A DNA stretch of 64,000 bases from Camelus ferus (taxonomy: Eukaryota): positions 15,936,001-16,000,000 of the forward strand of contig NC_045697.1 in the NCBI RefSeq assembly GCF_009834535.1. The letters are read 5' to 3'. The notes beneath the pieces were generated by a model that saw nothing but the letters and a program-made list of their open reading frames with translations, was not told where the DNA came from and searched no databases. Made by a program: the position numbers and the translations under genes. This document shows, piece after piece, positions 25,711-39,177 of the stretch. The stretch's first letter is position 1, and each line of letters opens with the position of its first letter.

Positions 25711-26517
25711 GTGAATTGCTTCCTTTTGTGTCAACTCAGAAGTTCTTTTTAGAAGATTGAATATATATGTTTTATACAACACTCTAGTTGTTTCAGTCAG
25801 GAAGTTTGTTTAGAATGATCTAGTCTGCTATACTGCTTGAAATGGAAGTCACTATAGGCCACCCTCTAGAACTATAATCATACAAGTACACCTCTGCCAG
25901 TTAGGTTGTATGCTTAGAGAAATTAGAGGTGTCTGTTACCAAACTGGCCTACTACAGATATTTTTTAGTATAACTAATTAATTTATAGCAATATTATCCT
26001 AATTGATTAAACAATTGAGTAAGAGAGCTTTTGTATATTATGAAATAATAATGGCAAGGCTCAATACAGGTAAGTTTTTAAAAAACAACATTGAATTAGA
26101 CCTGTTAAAAATAACAGCAAAAGATTTGGAAAAATTTGTAAGAATCTAGAAGAATTCTGTACTTAGATTATTTCACAACTGTCTTTAAGTTCTTGTTCCA
26201 TTTTAAAGAAACAAAAATAGAAAGGAATGCTCTATGATAGGTATAGTTTATGCAAGAAAGATGGTTGGGAAGCCAACTGAGAGAATTTTACTTGAACAGA
26301 AGGTATTAGATTCACATGCAAAAATTAGTAGATAAAAATGTTTTAGGTATGTATGTATCATTTTTTGTAATTCCTATATCTAACACATTTTTTCAATAAA
26401 CCAGTTTTGAGTGTGTTAGAAAAGAGAGCTGCTAGGAATCTAAAACTCATACATGCATATTAGTCAACACACTTGGTACTGGAATCTGTGTATAGCAAAG
26501 TTTTTTGGAGGTGTTTG

Positions 26518-26622
26518 TTTTTCCCCCCCAATTTTATTGAGGTATAATTGGCAAATAAAATTGTAATAAACTAAAAGTGTACAATGTGATGATTTACCCC
26601 AAATTAATTAATACATCCATCA
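26518..26622 (-). mobile_element. Short L1 extreme 3' end
   Basis: ttttattgaggtataattggcaaataaaattgta...aaagtgtacaatgtgatgattt. Confidence 0.75.
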
Positions 26623-26829
26623 CAGAAGTGTTGGTTGTAGGTTCTGGAAGTAGAAGGAGGGGTTACATCTCAGCATTGCCTAGCAAATAATTATTTTTCA
26701 GGAGAATATTTTTATTATTTCAATGTGGGGAAAGTCTTTAACCCCACTAATAACAAAATATGCAGCTTAAAATAATTATTAAATTTAAAAAATTCTCAAA
26801 TTCATTCAATGTGTTTGGCTATTCCATAC

Positions 26830-26990
26830 TCTATCTTATTTATAACACATAACAACTCTGTCCGGAAGGTATTATAATTTTTCTTTCACAGATAAGAAAA
26901 CAGAGATCCAGAGAAATTTACTTGCTCAAGGCCATAAACTAGAAGTGGTTGAATTCAGTCTTGAAACTATGCTTGCCTGGCTCTTATGCA
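26830..26990 (-). mobile_element. MIR SINE
   Basis: tttcacagataagaaaacagagatccagaga...acttgctcaaggccata. Confidence 0.7.
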
Positions 26991-27539
26991 CAGATTTTCT
27001 TGTATAATATTGCATTACCATCTACCCTCTTTGGTCTCACTCAAGCTTAATCCAGTTATGTTTAGCTCTGAACTACCAGCATTGTTTAATTTCTCTCATA
27101 GCTGAACTAAAAGCAATCCAAACAATCCATTTTTCTTAATCAAAAATGGAAGGATTTTGAACTAATTTTTTCCCTTTCCAATTAAATCATTGCCTAGGAG
27201 GACTTTAGTTCAGACATTCCATTCCCTCTTCAGCATGGTTATTAGACTATTAGCTCCAAGATGGCACTTTCTATCTTGTTCATCTTTGGACCCTCAAGAT
27301 TTTCTGTCTAATGTGCCCAGCATGTAGTAGGCACTCATATTTATTCGACTGAAGAATTCTCTTCTCCTTGTTGCAACTCAAAACTTCCCTTTGACTTTCT
27401 CTCCAGCCTTATCACCTTAATGGTCATCTCCTAGGGTGATTTGAACTATGCTGTGGGGTATGTCTAACAGAGTTTCACAAAATTCTGAAAAATATTGCTT
27501 TTCCATAAAAGAGCAGTTTCCAAAAGAAGAAATACTGAA

Positions 27540-27930
27540 ATAAAAGAAATGCAAATTAAAATAAAAATATATATTTCCAAATAACTTCCCAAATTATCAA
27601 AAATATAAGTAAAGAAAATATTCAGTGCTGGTGAGGTTGCAATGAAAGAAGAAATTCATATATTGTTAGTGGAACTATAAAATGGTAGTTTATTTTAGGA
27701 AGAAATCAGTGAATATAATCTAAAACTTAAAATAAAATCCTTACCTTTGACTCACCAATTCCATTTCTTAAATGAGGAAAACGTCACATGTGAAGATGAT
27801 CAAAATATCTTTATTTATAAGACTAAAAACTATAAACCACTTAAACTTCCAGTAATATTAAAATTATTACATATATGTAGTAATTCATATTAGTAGAATA
27901 TTGTACTGATATTAAGATTATGTTTTAAAT
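27540..27930 (+). mobile_element. Old L1M(E) ORF2/3' fragment
   Basis: agaaatgcaaattaaaa...tattgttagtggaactataaaatggta...cctttgactcaccaattccatttct. Confidence 0.65.
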
Positions 27931-28100
27931 AATTTATAATAATGTATAAGATTCTATTTTACTTAGGCTGATTTCCCATGAAGCAGAATCTGAGATGAAG
28001 GTTTATATGTAAGTGGTGTCTTTAGGAGGGGATTCCCTGGAGCAGAGTTGCTGAGCCCAGGAGAAGGAAGCAGGGAGAACCAAAACAGGAATGTGTTTTC

Positions 28101-28610
28101 GATTGGATAAACAAGTTGTTGGTACACACACACAATGGACTACTACTCAGCCATTAAAAGAACAAAATAGTGCCATTTGCAGCAACATGGATGGACTTAA
28201 GAAATTGTCATTCTAAGTGAAGTAAGGCAGAAAGAGAAAGAAAAATACCATATGTTATCACTTATATGTGGGATCTAAAAAAAGACAAATGAACTTATTT
28301 ATAAAACAGAAACAGACTCACAGGCATGGAAAACAAACTTATGGTTACCTGGGGGGGAAGAGGGTAGGAAGGGATAAATTGGGAGTTGGAGATTTACAGA
28401 TACTAACTACTATATATAAAACAGATGAACAACAAATTTCTACTGTACAGCACAGGGAACTATATTCAATGTCTTGTAGGAACCTCAAATGCAAAAGAAT
28501 ATGGAAACGAATATATGTATGTGTATTTATGACTGAAACATTATGCTGTACACCAGAAATTGACACAACATTGTAAACTGACTATACTTCAATTAAAAAA
28601 ATATTAAAAG
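28101..28610 (+). mobile_element. LINE-1 3' end
   Basis: gattggataaacaagttg...atggactactactcagccattaaaag...gactatacttcaattaaaaaa. Confidence 0.94.
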
Positions 28611-30439
28611 AGAATGAAGTAATTTCCCATAACCTAGGTGGCCCCAGGAAATGACTCCATGGCTCATTTTGTCGTTGGTCTTCCTTCTGCGCGGCTCTGG
28701 GGTTTGGATTCCTTTTCTACTTATTTCTCACAGCCTCTCCGAAATTCCACATGATGGAAACAGATGTATGGCTTTGTGTGGGTGGGCTTGTGTGTAAATG
28801 AAAAGAGAATCCGTGAAAACAAGGACATTTCCAAAATGGCTATGTCCTTAACAAGAACTTGGTGAGCCAGTGCTCCTGAAATATAGCTTACTCCATTGGC
28901 TACTTGTTAACAAGGCAGCGATCTGTGAAGCTGATTCTTTTTTTGGGTTCTGGTGTCTAAGCATTTAAATGAATGGTTTAGGAGTAAAGTCTATTACTGC
29001 ATGCGGCATAGCCAGCAATTGTTTAAATTCAGGATAAACTATGGGTAGACCTAGGTCTTCAATTTTCAAGGTGCCCACTTAGCACGGCAATAGGTAAACT
29101 CAACATCTCTTTCACGTTCCCCATTACGAGGTGTCGCCAGAAGCACAAATCTGTAAGGGGCGCTGCCGCCGACCATCTGCTTGATGCTCAGGATCTCCAA
29201 ATGGCCCCAAAAGGTGGTGGTTGTTTGCAGCGCTCAGACTTTTGCATTGCATTAAGTACCAGGCTGAATTTTCTGTTTGGCTGACCTCTAAAGAATGGCA
29301 GAGGAGACCGATGCAGACATCAAGTGCCCAGCAAAGGCACCTTCTGGGACAATCTTGCTCCCGTCCCGGATGCCAGTGTGACCAATTCAGCAATTGTGTC
29401 TTTCCCCAGGATAAAATGAATATTGTGTCAGTGAAGCTAGAATCCTAGAGTGATGATCTGAGAATCAGTGAGAAGGAAGACGTTGACCTTGGAGAGGTTT
29501 AAGAATGCCTTACGAATAGCTATCCGGAACATAATTAAAGGCATTTTAACATCATAAGCCTTGAAGAATGCGAACCATCACCACTGCACACTGGGGAGTA
29601 AAAGATATTGCTTTTATAGCTGCAGAGCTTATGGTCAGAAGTGATATGAAATATTAGAAATGTGACAGTTTTATAATAATTTTATTCTTGCTCATTGTGA
29701 TAATTTTCATTTGCAGCTTTTTACCTTTGAATATCTTGAATTGCATTAAGCCTTTCTCACTCCATCCTTGTCCTGTAATATTAGAAGCTGAGGTTTTCAT
29801 CTGAGGAATTACAGTAAATGCTACAGGCACAAACAAACAGATAATGGTGTTTATAATGCCTGTTATTTGAAGAATTAAAAGTTCTGAGTGAATTTGTCTC
29901 CCAGTTAATAAAAGCAATAGAGCCCTGAGTAAAATATTGCCCCTTCTTTCTTTCTATAGTGTTGCTGTGTCTCCCTGTGTCCTGTTCCCTCTCTTAGCTG
30001 CTTTTTGTTTTGAGTGTGAGCGTGGGAGTCAGGATGCTGTCTGTCAAATAATTTACTCTGCTCAGTTTCTTTGTCTTTATTTTTCTTTCAAATACCATAT
30101 GTATTTTCTTTACTGAATACAATCATGTGAATAATATGAATAGGAATAACTCGGATTAGAATTAGGGCCAGAGATCATCTGGTTTAAATATCTAAATATT
30201 TCCATTTCTCAGACAAGGAAACAGAATCAAGAGGCTCAGGATCAGCAGAGCTCGGGCTACCATCTGGGTCTCCTGACATTCGCTGAGCATTGGCTAGGGG
30301 ATAGGAAACTCTAAGCGCTCACGTACATTAAGTCTCGTCTGTGTGTTCCAGTAAATTTTATTTATTAAAAAAAAAAAAGTAGTGAGCCAGAACTGTGGGT
30401 TGTAGTTTGCCAACCCTTAATTCTTTTAAGCCTCCGATT

Positions 30440-30545
30440 GTCTGGATGAGATAGATGTGTTATTATTGTCACCTCCATTTTACAGAAGAGTAAACTGAGG
30501 CACAGAATGACTAGGTAGCATGCCCAAAGTTGTCTACTTAATGAG
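30440..30545 (-). mobile_element. MIR SINE core
   Basis: ctccattttacagaagagtaaactgaggcacaga. Confidence 0.75.
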
Positions 30546-32878
30546 TGCCTTCCTCTGAAGAACCTACATGCTCTGCTGCACACCAGTGTCTGAAATTCTT
30601 CTCTACTGTCTTTCCTTTTCTTTCCTTTCCTGGGATACTTTCTTGGAGGAGACGATCTGGATTAGCATGTAGAATCTCACACACACACATGTACCATGGA
30701 CAAATAGTCCATAGTCCTTGATGATTATTTTTTAATTTGTCTTCTTTCTGTGGTTGGCCACGCTGTTCAGCACTGTTCTTGGTTTTTTGAGGGGGATGCA
30801 AAAAAAGCCATTGATGAGATTCTTGCCTGTGAAAAGGTTAAAATTTAGTTGTAATGTCAAAGAAATTAAAATCAGATAAAAATTTCCAGAGTACTTGCAA
30901 TGTAGAAGAGACAGTCCAAAATCTCCTTTAACTTATGATCAAGTCAAGATTCAAAAGGCTGTTCATTAACTTATTTGTTCAGAAGTCCCAAGATACTCGA
31001 GAGGCAATCTCTGTCAGCATATTTCTGTCAAGTTTTGTAAAAGCACAGTGATTATTTGACAGTTCTGATTTTTAAAATGCTCTTAAACATTTTCCCCAAA
31101 TATGCTTGCATTTTCACTTTTTCTTTTTTATCAAAAATTAGTGGAAAACACGATACTGCTTCAGATGTGCCATTAATTAATGAAAGACTTGATCCCCGTA
31201 CTCGGGGGACCGCGCCAAACATCTGTTGATGGCCAGCAGATTGCTTCACTTTTGCCTGAGTGAAAACCTTTGTTACCACAAAAAGTTTTTAAATTGACTG
31301 CTCATAAGTGAGGGGATTCCTGCATTATACATTACAGCTGATACCAAGATCATGGAAACACTTGAAACAGAAATTCTGTATTCAAGGAATGAAGAATCCA
31401 GTTAAGAAGACAAGGTGTAATTGTGTTTCTGAGATCCCTCCTGAAAATTCTATAAATTCATATAAGAGTTAGATTACTTTCTAATAAGAGCAATCATTTA
31501 GGATCTGTCAATAGGTGAGCTGGCCAATACTGGATGGTAGACATGCGCCCCTAGTGGTCACAGGGGAAGAACTGTCTGCCTAGGTGTCAAGCAGAAGAAC
31601 GCGTTTGAGCTGAGCCCTAAACGTTGGGTAAGATTTAGATAGGTTGGTAGGAGTGAGGAAGATTGACCATTCCATTTCAACCTCAAAACCAAATTATGAA
31701 GGGAATCACAGCCGAGCAAACTTGGACTTCTCTTCCACTGCCCCTGCCCCTGTCCCATCCTTCTGTACTGGCTGCGAGGAAGCAGTAGCTGTGCGATTGT
31801 TCAGACCAAAGCACCCATTAGCGTTGTTACAGGTGTGCTTACCATCAGTGCTTAATGGTGGGAATGGCTTCTTTCCCTCCCCTTGCCATGTCTCATCGTG
31901 TGTGAGCAGACCTAGGCAGAGCCTGCCATCCTAGAGAACCACAGGTAATTATTTTTCAGTCTCTCTCAGCATATGGCTGGGTAGGTAACTCAGGCCGGGC
32001 CCAGCCTTGGTATTTACTCCTCCTTTGTTTTCTTTTTCTCTCTTTTCTGTACCCTCTCCCGCATCTTCCATCCCTCTCCCCACAGACTGGACTGTGTCTG
32101 ATTGCCTCACAATTTAGAGATGCAGGAAGAGGCAGGGAATCTAAGGGCCTGCTTAAGTCATCAGATAAAAGCAAACTTGCTCCGATTCTGCCCTGTAACA
32201 GACGGCATAATGTGATAAGTCATGTAATAAGTAGTGTGATAAATAGTAAGTCATGTAGTAAGTAATGTAGGGGGATCTTGTGCTGCTGTTAAGTTAGTGG
32301 TTCTTTTATTTTAAACAACCTATTTCTTTATTTTGCATCATTCTCTCTTGGGAACATTATGGGGAGATAAGGGTATTTGTTAGGGTAAGATTTGAGGTGT
32401 CTTAAGTCCTTGGCTATCAAATGTTTACTTTTAGTCCCTAACATTGGTAAAAGGGCTTATCCTGGAAGAGGGTACCTCAAGTTTGTCTTTGCTATACCAG
32501 TAGGTATAAAACTATCAGAAGACTTAATTATAGCAGTTTGTGGTGGTCTTCAAATAATTATCATTTTCTTTACCTTCCATTTCTGATACACTTGGTGGTT
32601 TTTTTGCTAAGTGATGAAGATGCTTTAACATCTCTGCTTCTGTCAGTTACTGGGCTGGTGTGCATTTGTGTGTGTACATGTGTACACATACAATCCTCAT
32701 TCTGGTCAACATGGTAATGTCACGTTGACTTTTCTGATGTCTGATCTTGCACAACTTGGCTTATGTGCTTTCAGTTTTAAAGGAATCCTCCTTTACACCA
32801 ACCTCACAGCTACTTGCAAAGACTAAATTTTATAACTCAGAGTTGAAATTGTAGGTGCCACCCAAGTGGCAGCTAGAC

Positions 32879-33066
32879 CAATGGCTCTCAAATTACGGCC
32901 TGTGGTCTAGTCTACCTGCATCAGGACCACCTGGGGCTCATGTCAAATGTGCAGATTCACTTACTTTAACCCAGATCTACTCAATACACAATTTGGGATA
33001 AGATACAAGAGTCTTTTTTTAATATGCTCCTTGATTATTGTGACTACACAAGTTTGAGAACCAATG
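32879..33066. mobile_element. MER5A-like hAT-Charlie MITE, near full length (188 bp)
   Basis: TIRs caatggctctcaaatt / agtttgagaaccaatg; internal gcatcaggaccacctgggg and tgcagattc. Confidence 0.8.
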
Positions 33067-34109
33067 GTTCTATGCTGCATTTGTGTTCAGCCTATACATA
33101 TAGAAATATAGATGAAGTCAAGACATGAGAGTCTGCACAACTGGCTAATCCACAACCTGACTCCAGCCTTGAGCCATGCTTCATGATGAGAAATCCGTCT
33201 AGTCTCGTTGGACAATTCTTTCTATAACTTTCTTCATTGCATCTATAGTAGCTTCTACCATATCTGCAATCTGACCATTTGCCACTTATTTGTGGGTGAT
33301 GGGATGTGATACTGACAGTTTTAATAAAGTCTCCAAACATTAATTCCTTAAACTCAGCAGATTTAAAGGCAAACTCACAGTCCAAAAGAGAAGATGTAGC
33401 AATTTATGCATTGCAAATAACTGGCAGAGTGCACAACTGCAGCAAATATTTAAGCAAATTAGAAGAACTTTGAAACTTTTAGATATGTCCTGGAATGACC
33501 CTGGTGAGTCAATCTAAATTCCTGACCAATGTCTCATTTCCCAAGGAATGTTTGATTTATTTGACAGGAAAATGCCAGATATGTTTTAGTTTTTCATTGT
33601 GTTTTCTGTCACCATTATCAGAATCGATTTGAAGCCATAGCTAAAAGCTAAGCCAACACTTTATGTAGTTTGGCCAAGATAATAAGATGTCTGCTTTCTG
33701 CAATGTTGGTTCTTGAGTATATTGAAAATTGATTCACAGTGCCTGCTATCACCCAGCTTTATTTTTATTCATACTAAAATTCAGTGCCTTGGAAGGTAAC
33801 AAGCAGATGACCAGCAATTTTCAGAAATCATGCTTTGTTAAATGATATAATGTATATCAAGCAGTCAACAGAGAGCCTGATGCATAATAGATATGAATTA
33901 AGTAGTAGTTACAACAATTTTTTCAAAAAATTAATCAACCCTACTCTATGTCCTCTACCATGCAAGAGGACAACTCAGCAAAAAAGTAGGGTATAGATAA
34001 GCACATTTGGAAAAGAATTTCAGCACTAACCTACCTACACAAAAATTACAGAAAGCAAAGGTTTTTAAAAAGATTGATGCCTAACAGCACTGCCAGTTTA
34101 CTTCTTCCT

Positions 34110-34570
34110 TTCTTGCAGAGCCTGCCTTCTAAAGCCTATAGAGGATGAAAATGTCAATTCTTTGCTTGCTGGGCCTCCCTTGCTGCTAGGGCATTGGCAT
34201 GTGTTCCAATCCTGACCACTGGGACCTGAGACCAAATCTGATAAAGACACTTGTCAAAGAACTTCCATCCTGATAGAAGAAAAAGACAAACAGGGAGACA
34301 AACATCTTTTCCCACTCTTCTTGCTTTCCACATTTTTGTGCCTGAGGATGTGATGTTTGGTGACATGGCAGCTGTCTTTACACCATGAGGACAGATCCAA
34401 GAGCATCACATAGATGCTAGCACAGAGCCCTGTTTTTGCTTAGCTACAGAACAAACTCTGGAACCACTTGAATTCCTCTTTATGTGAGGCAAACAAACCT
34501 TTATTTCAAAACCTTTTATTTTCTGGCTATTCTGTTTCTTGAAACCAAATGTATCTTCTCTGATACACCT
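34110..34570 (+). mobile_element. Old MLT1-type LTR
   Basis: gaggatgtgatgtttggtgacatggcagctgtcttt...ttatgtgaggcaaacaaacc...ctctgataca. Confidence 0.65.
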
Positions 34571-34619
34571 TAATAATAGCTACACTTTCCTTTTAGAATG
34601 CAAGCTCTGTGAAGACAGG

Positions 34620-35060
34620 GACCGAATCCAGTTCACTCCAAATTACAGTGACTTCAACACGATGGAGGTTTATTTTTCTCTTAAACAAAGTCTGAGCTGC
34701 TGTGGTGGTGGTGTGATGTGGGCATGTGGACAGTCTCCTTTTATGTTGTTGCTCTGCCATCCCTAAGGTTCATCCTTAAAGTCTAAGATAGCTCCCTGTG
34801 ATGTCTACAGTTCAGCCAGCAGCAAAGGGGAAAGGGAAGAGGAGATTGTGCCCTCTTCTTTTAAAGGTACCACCTAGAAGTTGCGCCATCACTTGGCTTA
34901 TTATCCTATTGGTCAAAATTTCATCTACTGGGTACCAATACCAAAGATGGCTGAGGAACGAAGTCATTTCTCTGCATAGCCATGTGCCCAGCTAAAACTT
35001 CCACTGTCATGCTGAAAGAAAAAGTAGATATTGGGACACAAATAGCAGTGTCTTTCACAG
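34620..35060 (-). mobile_element. Old MLT1 (J-like) LTR
   Basis: caaattacagtgacttcaacacgatggaggtttatttttctc...gtagatattgggacacaaatagcagtgtctttcaca. Confidence 0.65.
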
Positions 35061-35139
35061 CATCAGTAAAGAAAATAATAAGTGTCAACAGATTTGAAGT
35101 TTGTTAAAAAACAAAACAGCGAGAACTCAGTTTATGCCA

Positions 35140-35335
35140 CATTCATTCCATTGGGCTCTTTCACAAAATTATTGCATTTCCCCTTCACAGTAAGCTTACA
35201 GCATGGATAGTGTTATCATCCCCACTTGGCAGATGTGGACAAAGAAGCTCAAAGAGTGAGCCAGTTGCCTAGGATCACACATTGAATCATTAATGGAACT
35301 TGTATTTAAATCAAAGTTCATGCCTCTGAAGTTAA
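35140..35335 (-). mobile_element. MIR SINE
   Basis: ttatcatccccacttggcagatgtggacaaagaagctcaaagag...ttgcctaggatcacac. Confidence 0.7.
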
Positions 35336-35577
35336 GATCTTGCTAGCTAACTGCCACCTGCCCCCGCCCCAATTGCCTCACCCTAATCTTGCATTCCGTG
35401 CTGCCTTTACTCCCTCTTCAAATTTTGCTTGTGAACTCCAAAGGCTTACACTTTTTTACTGGTTACCTCGTGCCAGTTTTTTGTTTCTCCTAAGTCTTAT
35501 TCTCTACCTTCTGTCTTTATAGCCCCATCCCCCTAGATGGTACATATCTCTATTTCTCTTTGATTATCCCCCAGGGC

Positions 35578-36030
35578 CAGTTGCTAAGGAATCGTCTCTC
35601 TACCCCAAAGCCACCCTTCTCTCTTCCCCTTTGTGATACTGGCACTGGGGCTCTGCAACCACCTTTCTGCTTTGCCCACAGCTCTCAGTTAAGTCTTGCC
35701 AAAAGCAGACACTAGAGGGAGACTGTGAGCAAGGCTGGAGGAGAGATGGGAACTGCTACTTCCTGTTTGTTTCCTGCCGGCTTTATTGAACTTCTGGCTC
35801 CTATCAGTATCACTCAGAGAATGCCTTTTCACCCCAGCAGCTGAACACAGGTTGATGCTCTTCAAACCCTTGCAGGGTCAACCTCATTGCCTTCCCTCAG
35901 AGACACCAGTATTAGCCGAAGCACTCACTCCTCAAAAGTCTGAGCTGAGCTTCAGCCTTACTGGTTCTTTGTTTTGCTTTAATGATGCTAATCTTTTCCC
36001 TTAGTTTTCGCAGCCCTGTAGGTGACTGAT
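35578..36030. mobile_element. ERVL LTR (LTR33/LTR41-like)
   Basis: cacccttct...tgtgatactggcactggggctctgcaacc...ttgccaaaagcagacactagagggagactg. Confidence 0.6.
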
Positions 36031-37759
36031 AATTACTTGGTGCAATCCGTACCTCCACAATACTTCACAGTTGTTAAGTAACGCTAAGTCAGTTTTTGTC
36101 TGATTTTTTTCCTTCTCAGTTATTTATTTATTTTTCTGGTTCGGTCTGTGTTTCTATTTTCAGAAAAACCAAGAAACTGCATAGAATCCTTGATTGAAGG
36201 AGGATCCCATTTCTACGTCTCTGTCTGCTCCACCGGAGGTGGGCACGGTCTGGGGATGAGAGTGGGAGCTTGAAAAACACAGGAGACGAGTGGTTTCCCT
36301 TGTGTACTTTCCTCACAGCCCAGAAGCTGACCTGCTTCTTGCTGACTGAGCTGCACTCACGCCTGTGCTCAGTCAACTCAGAAGCACTTTAAACCTGCCA
36401 GCTCCTTTGTTTTCAAGTATCTCTCTAGGGAAGAAAAATCTGAATGATTGTGCCCACTCAACAGAAAGGAAAACTGAGGGGAAGCAAGGAAGTTGACCAA
36501 GCTTTCAAATTAGATCAAAACAGGGACAAGAAACCATCGGATTCTTGGACTGTTTTCTCCTAAGGCCTCTAGATAAGGAGGGGACAAAACTGACTTTTGA
36601 GAGCAGGGTTGTTCCTCCTCTCTGACTGCTCTCATTGCACGTAGAACCCTTCATTTTCCTGGCCTGCTAGTCTGGCACTTTGCACAGGGATACAGCTCAC
36701 TCCAGAGAAGGAAAATAAAAGTAAGATCAAAGGCTCTTATAATTTCACTTTTCTGCGAGGAGAAGAAACCTCATTTAGCAGCCTGCTTCTCTGGAGTTAT
36801 CCAAACCGCCCTGTCTCTGCTGTCCACAGTCAGCTGGAAGCAGCGGAGAGGACTTGGCATTTCTTTCTGCAGTCACTAATGATACCAGCGGCGGCTTAGG
36901 CAGCCAAGATAAATAGCCACTTGGAGGCTTCGAGAGGCGAGAGTGAGTGGACTCCCACCAGCTCCGTGGGAGCTGCACATCTAAGCCCTTGCATGTCATG
37001 GAGAATAGGAGCCCTGTATTTACTTGATGTGAAGTACTCTTTTGGATATTGGTAGCCAAATGGAGATATCTGAGCCTTTCCCCACGTGATGTTCCTTTGA
37101 TGATGTCCAGCACGGTGGCCACCATGGCTCAGTAACTGACTGATTGCATCTCCAAGCCTGATATTTTTTCTTTTCTTTTTCTTTTTTGATAATAGCAGAT
37201 CTTGCCACAGGAGAGGCGGGATGATATGATAAGTTGCTTGGACGATTGAGTGATATTTAATATTTTGAGGGACTACTTCTTGTTGAAGCAATTGGGTTCT
37301 TCAAGGACATGCAATACATGTTTAAAACGGGATGTCCGGGGCTGCCACAGCATAATCGACTGTGAAATAAGCCCGTTGGAAAGGACAGTTACTCCTGGGG
37401 CCTCAAATGCAAGTCAAGCCTCCTGAGGCAGTAAGGGGAGGGACCTCTTCGGTGCTAGTCGGGAGTGAAAATGACTGTGCTTTACTGCTTTGCACAGGGT
37501 GGTGCCTGCATTATGAACTCACTACCCAGCACTCCAGAGATGTAAGTACAGCCCAGACAGTCAGCCAAAATGACTCATGGTCTGAATGGCTGTTGTGAAC
37601 AACCCATCCGTCCATTCTAAAGTTGATTAATAATCCAAAAATCAGTTATTGAGAACCTACTATGTGCCAAGTATATATGTAGGTACTAGGAGCAAAGAGG
37701 CACCTGGTATACTCCGTAAGCACAGTTAAGTAGAAAAGGAGAGAGAGAGCACGCGCTAA

Positions 37760-37950
37760 TGTTTATTAAAGTTATAACTGCTTATACAGTGTGTATCCTA
37801 TGTACCACATGCTAGAAATTATTTATTAATCCTCTCAACCACTTTGTAAAATAAGTGTCACGTCCATTTTTCAGAAGATGAAACTGAGGTTTAGCGCAGT
37901 TAAATAACTAGCTGGCATGGGGCAGCATCAGGCGTCAGCTCACGTGGAAT
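37760..37950 (-). mobile_element. MIR SINE (preceded by an L2 tail at ~37630-37740)
   Basis: ttaatcctctcaaccactttg...ccatttttcagaagatgaaactgaggttta. Confidence 0.7.
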
Positions 37951-38829
37951 CCGTGTGTCCCCGCCTCCCGATGGTGCACTGGACGGAAGCTGAGTTGGAA
38001 TGGAGCTGTGAAGTGACTGAGACTTTGTTCTCTCACAGTCACCAATCTTGAAAGCCTCACGACTAATGCGGCCATTTTTATTTCTTTCTTTTAATAGAGA
38101 AATTTTTTCTTTTTCTAAACTAGTCAGGGGTTCTAAAAGCTGCTCCGTAGGCTTTAGTGCAAGGTACATACTGAAGTCACATCAAATTAGATGCACCATT
38201 ACATGACAGTTTGCCAATACCCAAACCTGAGGCACCATATTGAACAAACCCCATAGAAATTTAAGCCAGTGCTTGACCTAAAACTGCAGCTTATATTTGA
38301 AATGCCAAATGAATTCAAGAAATCCCATGGATGGCTCCAGGTTTCAGCAAGCTACAGGGTAGGATGGCAACAGTGGGCAGTCCTTCTGAACTGAGGGACG
38401 CCTTTGCCTTATCAGTATTTCATTGTTTCCTACTGATAAATGCCCTTATCAGTCATAAAACAGTTTTCTTCAAATATACACACACTCCAAAGCAGGGAAG
38501 ATATTGTCTTTAAAAAGATTTTTGTCATCAATAAAATCTCTGATTCATATTTAGTTCACATTATTAAAAAAATCTTTTCATTTGTTTGTTTCGGTTTCTC
38601 CCTTTTCAGACTAATTCATCCTGGTAAAATTTCTCAAACCATCACCTTTATCATTGGCACTTTAATCCCATGATAATTTTTCTGAAAACTGTGATTTGGA
38701 TCACTCAAACCACTAGCTTCCTCCTAGTTGAAGAGGTTAAAAAGCTGAAAAGGACATTAAAATTACATTGCCTAGAATTCTTTATGGATAAAGCTTTGGA
38801 TTTGAATTTGGTTCTACCAATAAGAGATT

Positions 38830-39177
38830 CTGTGCAATATTTGGAAGGTGCCATCTTCCTGCCATTCTTAGAGAAGGGCATGGATAGACAGGTGTTTCTG
38901 CAGAAGCGTTCCACTGACTGTCGCCAACTTCCGGGGCATTTGGAGGCAACCATGGTGGAGTATCTGAGGAGGTTCTGACTTCCTGATCTGGCACAGCTGT
39001 ATTGGTCTCAAGTACAGTAGCTGTCCTGGTGACTTGTCTATGCAGATCAGGTGGTGCTCCTGTAGATACAGTCCAGCAGTTCCAAGAAGCCTATAAACTC
39101 CCAATTCCCTATGTTAAATCCCTTCCTGATTAAAACAGCTAGGGTGGTTTCTGTTTCTAGGTGAACCCCAACTGATA
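38830..39177 (+). mobile_element. ERVL LTR 3' part (LTR33-like)
   Basis: ttaaatcccttcctgattaaaacagctagggtggtttctgtt...actgata. Confidence 0.55.

Noticed and set aside
25390..25782. Lys/Arg/Glu-rich and Phe/Ser-rich ORFs
   Set aside because: Artefacts of the N gap and the CT-rich repeat
31544..31560. CTCF-like motif tgaccactaggggcgc on the minus strand
   Set aside because: One G short of the core spacing, so the GGC positions are out of register
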